From: Phoronis australis
Lineage: Eukaryota; Animalia; Phoronida
DNA length: 64,000 nt
Reading direction: 5' to 3'
Assembly: GCA_002633005.1 (NCBI GenBank)
Contig: NMRA01000359.1
Coordinates: 213,438 to 277,437 of the forward strand
The position numbers and the translations under genes are program-made. Within the stretch, counting starts at the first letter, position 1; each line of letters starts with the position of its first letter. The notes under the pieces were generated by a model. The model did not search any database. It had not been told where the DNA came from and saw only the letters and a program-made list of their open reading frames with translations. Positions 13,701-25,700 of the stretch are shown here, in pieces.

Positions 13701-16700
13701 TTCATCAAAACCATGGGAAAATAAGTTGCAAGTGTAAGTCCTTGCTGATTAGAACTAGAAGTTCTTGGTCATCGAAATTCTCGCCAGCTTGCTTTCGCAC
13801 ACACTAACTCGTCGAGCTTACTGTAAACGTACTTATAGAAAAGTATAAGGACATCATAGTTACACACCATGAGCAGATTTAGGAGGGCCGGGAATCTGTC
13901 CCCCTTCAGGCACAAGCAGAAAAGGTGCTAGCAAAACAAAGGCACCACCAGCATAGCGTTTTAAAGCCTATCTTCAACAATAACACCTGAAAATTTGGTT
14001 CCAACAGTATGTTAAGAGCATCGCTCTGAGCCCACTAGTGCCATAAATTGCCAAATGTAACAAACTGTTAAGCGTATTGGCTCGCTTTTGTTTGCATCAC
14101 CGCGAGAATCACCTTTTAATTCAAACAGCTGGGAATAACACCCACACGCAATGGTGTTCTATTCAGACCCCTATTCAATATAACCTTTTGTCGTTTGTGC
14201 TGGGATCTCGCGGTGACGCAACATAGCACAAAACGGCAGCTTCACTTATCATTTGATGGGCTCACACTTGTGTGATTGAACTCGCGTTTTCTTATTTTAC
14301 TAAGGCTTTATTAGGATTATCTGGTTAGCCTAATACATCTAAAGTAACAAAATTCCGTTGAAGTTAGGCTTTAAGGCATTTTAGGCCTGACGATAACATT
14401 TGCTCCTTGCCACTTGTGCTTGTTGCCTCATTCCCTAAAGTCATCCACCGGTACATAATCAATTTTGGTATGCAAATAACAAGGTCAGAATTTTCTGGTG
14501 AACACTGCATTTCCTCGAGAACTAATAAATAAAGACCAATGTAACATTGGTGCAAACCTTCATTGGCATTTTTACTTAAGTCTAACACAGACAACTTAGG
14601 CTGTCATTGCCATATACATGCAAAACTAGTTAAACTGTTATTGCATTTTCCATTATGTGTGACACAAAAAAGTTTACATTTTCTCTTCATGGAATTTTCA
14701 TGCATGATCGTCTCTTCTCTATGCCATTGATATCTTCTTGCTTAATGACCAGTAAATTTGTCAAAACTTTATACCCCATGCTAACTGTGGTAAATCAGCC
14801 ACTGAACACACATAACAAAACGCCTCGTTTTCAAGTTGGGTGACAGCGACATCCAAACACGCATGTAGAGAAGTCAGACTAGAGCTTCTGATACTTTCGT
14901 AAGTACCTTGTCCTAACAATGTGACAGACAATACATCACCATTGAAAGTCCCCTCAACGCCTTCCTTTACCTTGGTTTTGTGAGCATTTTGAGAATAATT
15001 TGAGAAGTGTAGCTTATTAAAGCTCCTGCAACACCAGAAACAAAGCCAGAATCTGTTGGCATACATGCCGGAAGTATAAGTTTCTAGCACTGCAGGTGTC
15101 TAGTGAATAATGACATATTCACTCCCGAGGTTGACATAGCGTAGGTGGCGCTGGTTCGAGATTATGACTTTCCGGCTTGTATGCAATGTTATAGACCTCG
15201 TGCATTGAGAATATGCAGAGATGGCAGTGTGTATACTGATGCTGTGTACAGTGTACATTAAGCACAAGCAACTTGACAAATCGCGGGTCACACAAACAAA
15301 ACTTTGAGTGTCACAAAGTTCTTTGTAGGAATATAAACATTGAAAAACTTGTATTTTTTTTAGAAAATTGTTTGCCAATGTTCGTCCACAGGCTCTCTCT
15401 TCATCCACTCGACACTGTACTTTAATATATTTACCGACTACAGCATTCCAACATGGCCACTGAACAGACAAGCTGCCACTGACTAAAACTAGAGTGTTTG
15501 CTAAAAATCCACTTCACTGATCATGTTTGAGGAGGATTGAACCAAGAGCAGACATGCAGCTTTGGTTCAAAGCAATGCAGTTCAAATTCCACGGCTCAGT
15601 CACCAGAAAGAGATTAGCCAAGTGCCACTGGTTTCTCCATGTTATGCACATGCTCACACGCACTCGCATTTTGAATTAAAAATAACAACATGTATGTTTG
15701 TTTTGTTGAAATGATTGTATAGGAGTGGATGATTGAATGCAAGTCCACCTTTAATAATCTACTGCCAGGACCTATACACGGATGCACCGCCATCTACATT
15801 GGAGAAACTTAGCACTATGCTGTTCAAGTAGTCAAGAAATACCTCTAGTTCATCGAGATGTTTTGTTTATTAGTGGGGACATTATGCTGTTGACGAATCT
15901 AGCTGGTCAGGTTAGGTATTGTTATCTTGCCCCTAGCTAATGTTTCTCTGCGCTTGACGTGCATTGTATCTGTATCGGCTGATGGCCAATACCTTGGCCA
16001 ACAGGAACGAAGAAATATTTCTTCAAACACTACCATAAGATGACAGAATGACGCTGCAAGCTGACAAAGGCAAGGTGGCTAGTATTAGATGAAGGTGACT
16101 ACATCGATGAGATAACGGCCCAGTCCCCAGACGACAGTCACGGAAATCAAAGTAGATAACACTAACGTTGTTGACAGGAAGATTAGAGCTCAGTTGAAAA
16201 CTGCGAAGGCATTACTGCCACGCGAATACTTCAGAAGAGCAACATGAAAGCCCACACATGTACAGAAAATCTAAGATACCCAAACCAGACATGCCAATGC
16301 GACCAATCACAAGCTACACTGTTTCTCATTATCACAAACTAGGTAGTTGGGTCACTGTGACGAGTATGATTCACTTGATAAAGGAAGGCTCCAAAAATGA
16401 CAAAAATCTATTCCTATCCAGGAAAGGAATGGATGGACTGTATTGCGAGTGAAAACTGGTGGCAAATTACACAACAGCTTTTGTTCGGTGAATGCAACCT
16501 GAAAAAACCAACTGGACTGACTTGATGAGCTACAATGCTGAGCTCACTCATTTGCAATGACACACAGTACCACCTGCATTTGTCATCAAGAGCCAGAATT
16601 TGACTTCCTGTTTTACCCCCGCCACTCCGCTTATAGCTGAAGACAAGTACATGTGCACTAATTCTGTACTTATTTTGCACCAAAATAAATATTTTACCAA

Positions 16701-19700
16701 AACTGTCATTTTCCATTTTTCGATGGCTGATTTCTTTGCTATAAATAGCAGAAACTGGAAATTTTACCAAATGCTGTTTTTTGGCAACTGCACACTAGTA
16801 GAAAATATGTTTCACTTAATAATAAGGGTAAATAATGTTCTTACTGGTTGTGAAAAAAGAAATGTTTATAGAATAAAATTTTGTTAATATTTATTTTTGT
16901 CAAGAAGTTTAATTAACAAAATAGAATTTCTCCTGTCAGTCGTATTGTGTGCTAAACAAGTGATGAATTACTGCTGCAGTATAATACATTCAGTTATTAT
17001 TAAGATAAACAATATTTGCTTTTTGATTCGTATTTAGGTTAATGATAGGCGAATGGTAAAAGGTTGAGGGTGTCTGTCAGAAATGTTGGTCTCGACGATC
17101 GTATGAATTTCTTGACTTTTCTCCCTTTGCAGATAAATTTTGAAAGTTGATGACAAGACCTTGTTTTTGGTTATCTTTGAAAAATTCTTTTTGTTCAAGA
17201 AAGTCTGTCATGTTCCACGATTGTCAAGTTGCTTGTACAGCATTTTGTTCTGTCTCGACTCAAACAGAGTTTGTAGGTGTAGATGTGAGGTAACTTTGTT
17301 GGCATTTGAATCTGATCAACAGTTGTTTGTTATGTGGAATTTAGATAATGCTGTATTGCGGCGTTTGTACGTAAAATTATTTAGTCAGGTGGTGTTCATT
17401 ACTGTGATAATCTTTGCTTTTTCAGTTGCCAACAGCGCGCTCATCTGAGATAAAAGACTTTGTTTTGAAAATGGAAATTCTTTGAGGAGGTAAAACCATG
17501 GGTAACTGGTTGAAGAGACACAGATGTACTGGTGAAGATATTGTTGCTGTTCCATCTCGCCATTGTCCACCATATCGACATGTTATTCCAAATCATTTAT
17601 TGCCTGATGACCTCAATCCCCACGAGCATCCAAATAGATACTACGCCAGTAATGTGATAAAAACAACTAAGTATTCCGTGTGGACCTTTCTGCCCAGGAA
17701 CTTATTTCAACAATTTCATCGGGCTGCCAATATATACTTTCTGTTCATTGTATGTTTGAACTGGGTGCCACAGGTGACTACTTTTGCCAATGAACTCGCT
17801 ATGATTCCTTTTTTGTTTGTGCTGGGGGTATCCGCAGTCAAAGATGGTCTTGAAGACTACCAATGCTACAGATCAGATAAAAGAGTTAATGTAAGATGCT
17901 GTCGAGTTTATTCGAGGTAAGGGAGAATCGTGATTTTTATTTTGTGTTTTGTTAATTAGCCGTGTCATTGTCTTCATCGCGTGGCCTGAAATGGATTGCT
18001 TTGCAACTTTAGTGACTTGTGAAATTTGAAATTAACAGTTAATTGGACTAATAAAAAACCTTTTTTAAACTATTAAACGTGTTTTTATTTGATTTTAAAT
18101 CGAGGCTGTGTAGCTCCTATGCTTTACCTTATTTGGTGAGCTCTATTTTAAGTTATCATGACAGCCTTTTTTATTGTCATTTTTTGTCTAAACTAGGGTT
18201 CTTATCAGTTTTGTGTGATTTATACGTAATCTTTTTTAGTGTTGACTCACCAAAATCTGGCTGGCGCCTGTAATCAAAATGTCATGCGAATTTTTTTACC
18301 GTTGAGCCATTATTTTTTACGCTCTCGGCAAGTCTTTGTTGCATTTACGATATTATCAGTTGTGGCAACTTTAAACGATTTTCGTGTGTTAAAACTATTC
18401 AATCTCCATAGCAATGTCATTGCATTCTTATCCTATGTGTGAATTGAAGTTAGTGACAATAAATTGCCAGAAATTCCCATCCTGATGGCGGTGCCATCTA
18501 GGGGATTGAAACTACCTGTAATAATCATCCACAAGAACAGTAGCCTCCTTGTTTTGTTCAAGCCTAGATATGAATTCTGATAACAGTAAGGAACAAAATG
18601 TGACCAATTTTTAGTTGTAAGCAGCCTAAATCAACTGTTGGTTTTTGACGGAAGGCACATGAAGTAGTCTCCTCTCTATTTCACAACAAAGAAGTGGGTT
18701 TGGCCAATTTCAAACGTCCTGAGAGAATGTTGAGAGTGACTCACCGTGAGGACATCTGACGTCATCAACCGAGGACTTGTAGCAAGGGATTGACTGTCAC
18801 AGACGCATGACTCAACCATATCGTAAGCCATGGGATTTGGCACTGGACCAGTTGTAGTACTGTTTTAACAGATAGCTTGGAAATGAGAAAACTGAGTGCA
18901 AAGTGGGTTCCCTGAGTGCTTAAGTGGGGATCTAATGTTGAGCTGATTTCAGATTTTGAGGACACTTTCAACTTCTTTGTAGTCTGATCAAGCCAACGTT
19001 TTTGAAAAGATTGAGCCACTAAATGATATGTGGGTTCACCTTTTTGATTCTGAATTAGTAAACATTAACCTAACAGTGAAAGCGTGACACTTCTCAAAGT
19101 CCCAAAAAGTTCAAGTAATAACCTGTGTTGGCAACTGCCAATGAAGACAACCACTTCTGTGCTTTGGGACTGCCAAGGAATGTTTGTCATTGACTTCCTA
19201 CCAAAGGGACATACTGCTGCTCTACAGGGAACTATTACACGATCACTGAAAGAGTCTGTAAAAGAAAAACGCAGAGAGACGAGTTGGGAGTGCTGATTGT
19301 TTGAGACAGGAGCAACAAGTGCAGCCAAATGCCGCTGAATGTTTCCCTATCGGCCAGATCTGGCTCCATCACTCTTTCCAAAAGTAAAGTGTTACGTGCA
19401 TGGTCACCATTCCACGACGATGGTGAAAGTCATGCATGCTACTGAGAGCTGTAGAGAGGGCCAAGCTGTAGTTACTTCCTAGAGGGGAGACTGGTGGAAA
19501 ATAAAATTATTGAATATTGAATTAATGACTGTCTTTTTCTTGACGTTGTTTTATGAATGAGGCCAATAACTTGTTGAATGACCTCCATATCCTAGAAATG
19601 TTAGTTATACTTTACTGTATATAGTAAAAGTAAAGTTAACATTCAAGCCTTGAGTTTTGCCAAGTAGTGTTTTGTTGCACATTTCTTGTGGAGTTGTGTC

Positions 19701-22700
19701 ATTGTAGAATATCTGCAACAGAATATATTCTATAATTTTGCAAGAATCTCAGTCATTAAATGGAAGCTTCCTCTAAAATGATGCAAAGAAATAAGTGTTA
19801 GAACCCTTGCTTTTTACACCTGTCTATCAATTGATTGTACGAAAAAATGTTGAATGTGTGAATTTTTCAAGTCTTCATTAATAGCTTTTACTTTGACCAG
19901 GACCCTCTCTGCTAAATCCAGAGGTTGCTTACTCAAGATGCCATGTCTAGGTTACCTTTTCACACGACTACTTTAATTTAGTTTTATTTTGCTGAACACA
20001 AATGTCCTTAGGAATTTTTAACTGATGGCATGCTCTCTTTTGATGAGATAGTTGTATCATCCGATATTTTTCATGCATTTTTTTGGTCTCATTCCATAGT
20101 GATCTGTACAAAGGTCATTCATTTCCTCCTCGAGTTACACGACGATAAGCTTTCTCACCCAACTGAAATGAATACAGGTTATAGTGGCCTTTCAAGTATT
20201 TCCTGATAATTTGTAATACGTGATCTACAATATTCAGCTCCAATTAACTTGGGTGGAACAAAGTATTTATCTTTATTAACAAAAGGGTAAGAGCATAGTA
20301 GCAGTAGGTTATCTATCAACTGCCCATCCTTTGTAGCAGCATACGTGCATGCATGTTTTTTAATATTAGTGGCTGTCATTAACCTTATCTGCGATTATTG
20401 CTCCGGGTTACGCTTTGGCAATTCAGTGACGAGAGATCCCATGGGGCCATCTGATTTAAAGGTTGGGAAGGCATATTAACAGCGAAATTCGCTTAATAAT
20501 TCGTATTAAGTGTCAGCTAAGTCTATTGTTCATGTTAGCTGGAGTCCCGCAGGTCTCTGAACTGTTAGTATAAAACTAAATGGTATTCAGTGTCAGCTAA
20601 GTCTATTGTTCATGTTAGCTGGAGTCCCGAAGGTCTCTGAACTGTTAGTATAAAACTAAATCGTATTGGGTGTCAGCTAAGTCTATTGTTCGTGTTAGCT
20701 GGGGTCCAGCTTTTCTGAGGAGCTGAATTTCAAACACAAAATCGACTTACTTGAATAGTGACTAGAACTTGTATTGTCCTAAAAGAATAGTAATTGTGGG
20801 GATTTTGGCATTTGAAGACTGTTCCTTACTGATTTATTATGGTAGTAATGAAATTGGTAGTATCTTACAATGCTTAGGAGTCGTGCTGTTTACCGGCATT
20901 GTTCATAGACAGCCTAGATCTTGTCAATACTGAGGTTTGCAAGACATGTTATGTTTTGCCGTATTGTTCATGAAAGTCGCACTCTGGCATTTTTGCATAG
21001 GTCCTAACCGCTAACGACACCGATTGTGTAGTAGGCCTCTCAGGGGGGTCTGTTGGCGATGAGGGAATAGTAGAACTTAATGGGAGTTAAACTTATAAAT
21101 AATATTTATTTAGAACCTGCTATACTTATACTTGGGTTGCATGTTTTCTGTTATGCAAGAGTTGCTGAAGACACAACACATGTCGTTAGGGACAATCTTT
21201 ATTCCATTTTGTTCATAAGTATGTTTCGAGATACCTTGCGTCTCTTAATCATGTTTCTTGGTCAGTTACTTTACCTAGTATGTTCTGTTGAATGTCGAAC
21301 TTTGTGCCGAGGTTGTGAATGGAATAAAGATTGTCAGTAATGACAAGTGTTGTGTCTTCAAAGATTTGGCAACATGTGAAGCGTCATGTATATCTCTCTT
21401 ACAGGATTCAAATGGAATGTTTAATGTGATGGTTTTAATTGTTCGCCATTCTCTAAAATGCTTTTAAGGTTCAACTTCGCTCGAGGTTCTATAAAAATAG
21501 GATTTAAATGATTATTATAAAAGTGTCAAAAGTAGTGTAAAGCAACCATGAACAGACTATTCATAGAAAGCAACTGTCAGCGTTTTTTCAGATTCCAACT
21601 TGAATATGATTCAAAAGAAATCTTGGTTATGCTGTGTTAGGCTATTGGGTAGAATTAAGGATGTTACACTTTGAAGATTATTCAAAAGATCATCACAGTG
21701 AGCGAAAATTCATGATTGTTTGCAGGAAGGAGGGTAGATATGTTCGAACGGAGTGGAAAAAGATTAAAGTTGGTGATTTTGTGCACTTGTCCTGCAACGA
21801 GACCATTCCCGCCGATATCCTGCTGTTACAGTCGTCTGATGATAACAGGCTTTGTTACATCGAAACAGCTAATTTGGACGGGGAAACCAACCTGAAGCAA
21901 AGAGAAAGCGTGAAAGGAATATCGTACAGTGTAAGTTTTGAAGAGTTGAGCCCTTCTTGTCGTTTATTAGCTCATAGGGCCGGTTAGGCTCATTTGGTTC
22001 TGATCTGTGCTGCGCAGTAAAGACTTGATGTCAGGTGATTTTTGTAAAAATAACTCTGCCTCGTTATCACTAATAAGTTGATATTTGATGAATTTTATAA
22101 AAAGGGAAAAAGACATTGCTGTACCACTTTAGCTGATATGTGATTTTTTTTGTTTCTGAGAAATAAGATAGTGTCAACAAGCTCAGACGTGAACCAAATA
22201 TGTTTTTAGCCTCGTCTCTTTTACTCCATGCTATGCAAATACAGACTAATCATTAGGGCAATCACCAGTTGACCCCAACTTGTTCTATGGAACAGCAAAC
22301 GAACAAATTGACTTGTCGACCAGTTTAGCCAATATGCTTTGAACGTTCGTTTCGTAACTACCAAAGTTCCAGCTTATCGATTTTAAAATCACACTCGCAA
22401 CATAAGCTTTGGAATAGATTTTCTCCAAAAATGATGTTCCTTATAGTAGTGAGATGATGCTTTTAGCTGTTAGTGTTCCTGTCTNGTGTTGTTTAATTTT
22501 CAGGGCTATGCGCCGTATTTCCAAAGTTTCCCAAATCATTCTATGAGCTCAGAACACCTACATCTTGCGGCACATGTAATAATGACTTCGCAATTAATAA
22601 GTTTGCTAGTTAAAGTTGTTGGCTATTAAATGTTTTGTGTGTTTTTGGTTTTGATAATTTTTTGCTTCATTTGTCACGCTTGTTTAAATTCTGCAATGAA

Positions 22701-25700
22701 ATGTTGTTGGTTTGAGTTGTGAATTTGTATTTTTCCACAGGTTTCCTAGCTTCTTTGTCTGCTTTTTCCTTACGTGTTTAATGCACAATTACTGTAAAAG
22801 TCAGTTACAGCATTGTCCTTGAAAAACTATTGCACGGTACCTGATAGAAATCTCCTTTACATGGAGGCAGGAAAACACGTTGTTACATTTTAGAAATGTC
22901 GAGCTGATTGTAAGAATTATATCAGAAAATATCGCGTTATGGACACTCCTCAAGTTTACCCAACTTTCTGTTACCAGGAGTAGTAGTTCTCTGCACAGCA
23001 GTAAAACGTCGCTGGCATTAGATGGCTGAATTCAGTAAATGGAGTCTAGATAAACTTTGAAAAAAGCAAGCCACCAACAATTAACGTGAGAGACTGTAAT
23101 GGCGCAAAAATGAGGCTAGAGAACCACTTGACGGATTTGCAGCATTGTGGGTAAATACCGTGATATTCAAGTGTCGCTGCGTAATCTGGAACCGTCCTAT
23201 TGTTTTGCGTCAGGTTTCTTGTTTGAATCCTCCCTGGTGGTCGTTCTATCACCAAACCATGGGCTGATTGAAACTCCCTGGTTGCTTGAATGGGAAGTTT
23301 GAACTAGGATTTTTTCAGTTTGATATTTGTGATTTCACCATGACCTACACATTAATTAGTTAGCAGTGCATAGGACTTTTTAATATGTTGAAATTTTAGG
23401 GAATACAACTGTAGAAAAATTCGAGGTACCTCTGCACTTCAGTAATTGATCTTCCTCATTAAAACTTGCTTTGCAATTGTCATAACATAATGGTGTTCAT
23501 TCACAGGATGGTTCGTTTCACCCAGTTAAATTCCGCTGCAAGGTTCAGTGTGATCTTCCGAACACACAAATCTACAGAATCAGTGGCGCTGTGTAAGTTA
23601 TACATTAATTCTGTTATGGCATGAAAAGTTTAACAATGAAATCAATTTCAGAAAATGTACATTGAATTCCAGTTTCAAGCTTCTAATATTACTGGTATAG
23701 ATAAATATGGGCTGAGTTCCATTGATGCATGAAACTGGTGAAAAGACAAGGCCACGCATTTCTTGTGAGATGCCACCATGCATAAGCGAAGCATGTGATC
23801 ACAAGTAGTAGTTCCCACAAGTGTCTTGTGATAATAAAAATCTGATCAAAATGTGTTTAGCAAATTTCAACCCAGAACCCGGTGAAAACTTCAAGAAACA
23901 ATTTGCTCCTAGCCACGATTTTAGAAACCAATTTTTAGTTTGATTTCCTGGTTTCAGCCTAAGGTCTATAAAAAATTTGGAAATCAAAATTGTTGACTTG
24001 GAAATTTTCCCCCTTGTCGAAGGCTGCATAGCTGGTAAAAACCCATAGATGGCGCTATTAGGAAATTAAGCACGACTTATTTTAGGTACTGTGCATGAGT
24101 GTTTGATTGGCACTGCTAGATTTGTAATTCAGTCTGTCAGTTTTCAATTTTCAAGGAACGATTCGGCATTTATTTTGCTGCGCTGAAGAGCATATGCTAG
24201 TTTCAGAGAAATTGATGCTGAAACTGACTCTTATTTATATTTTTACAGAATTCAGCCTACGGGAGAGCGTATCAGCCTCTCAAAGAACAACATATTACTA
24301 CGCGAGTGTGTCGTTAGGAACACTGACTTTGTGGAGGGAATTGTACTTTATGCAGGTCTGTGATCATTAATTAAAAGTTGTCAGAATTTGGACTCGGTTT
24401 AATTGCATCATAGAATATTCTGCAACGGTCCGTTCCAAGAAACTGAATTAAGTTCATTTTTTACTAAAGTCTAAGATTTTCGTCTCAACTCCAAACTTTG
24501 AAACTTCCACATCTGGTAAGAGAATTAATATTAAACAAAACTTATTGGTTAAAAACTTGATATCTTTCTTGAAACGGTCTAGAGCCAAATTTAAGTGTGT
24601 TTTATCTTAAAATTGATTGAAATGATTTAGCTTAGTCAGTTTTCTTGGAACGGGCCCCAGGTCTCTTTATATTATATTTCGCTTGAAATCAAAGTTCCAT
24701 TTTCTCTTAGAAATAAGTTTAAATGCATTTTTGGGACAAAAATGTTTACAGTAAAAAGTTGGACTATGTAAGTTAGTCTCTAAAATTTGAATTACCTTAA
24801 TTCATGCCGAAGTTGAGTTTTCTTGGTTCCGAAAATTTGCTGTTTTGGTATTTATCATATTTCTTAAATATTGTCTGAAAATAGACTTGGCAGCTCATGA
24901 AATTGTTGAAAATAGACACTGTCTCAGTGTTTACTTGTGTCTCCATATTGCGTAACATCAAGATGAAGCATTGTTTGTTGTTCATCGTTATTCTTGAATG
25001 TGGGACGGCCAGGATTGTCTAATTCTAGAATTCGATACAAGCTCGTACCTTGAGCGAAACAATTGACATTTCACTGTCCAATACTGTAGACTTGTTACGG
25101 TATGTCATAACTTCCAGGTCATGATACAAAGGCCTTGTTGAACAACCGAGGTTCAAGTTACAAGCGAAGTAAACTTGAGAAGCACATGAACAAAGATGTG
25201 CTGTGGTCAGTTGTCCTGCTCATTCTCATGTGTGGCTGCTGTGCATTAGGTAGGTGTCTGTGTCCACCCTAAAATTCTCCCAGATTACATGTGGCAGTTC
25301 GGGGGTGCAAATGTATGACGGACAAAATCACGGCTAATGTTAATTCTGCCCTGGCCCCCTCTAACTCAAACTCCTGGATCCGCCCCTAAGCATAGTTGCC
25401 AATAGTTTAGATGCAGGCTGACATCATCTGTGTTTGTCTTGGTCAAGAAGAAATAGGGAGAGCTCCCTTTGTCATACTGGGGTGCGTTAAATAAGGCCAG
25501 TCTCTTGAGAGTTTAAGATTAACTGTCAAGGATATAAAATGAAAAATGAAATATTTTATTTGTAAATGTATTCAGACTCAGTGCTAGTAAACTTGACGTA
25601 ATATCTACTAAGGGTAGACGATCTCCAGAATTAAAAGGACCGAAACTGTGTGTTTCACATAATTAATATTTAGTATGTGTTGTCTACTTATCTCTATTCA

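Noticed and set aside
4316-17916. Exon 1a/1b as an uncollapsed haplotype or as two tandem genes
   Set aside because: About 39% amino acid divergence and unrelated flanks exclude alleles; no other ATPase exons were seen between the copies
20501-20710. Regularly spaced repeat resembling a CRISPR array
   Set aside because: Whole 80-bp units repeat with no unique spacers; eukaryotic intron with no cas genes
21051-21373. Possible solo LTR (TGTTGG...GCAACA with internal AATAAA)
   Set aside because: No matching TSD and no second copy in the window; only a short internal inverted repeat
24131-24230. CTGAAGA...GAAAC hammerhead-like motif before exon 4
   Set aside because: The stem II register is off by one base and no convincing stem I forms
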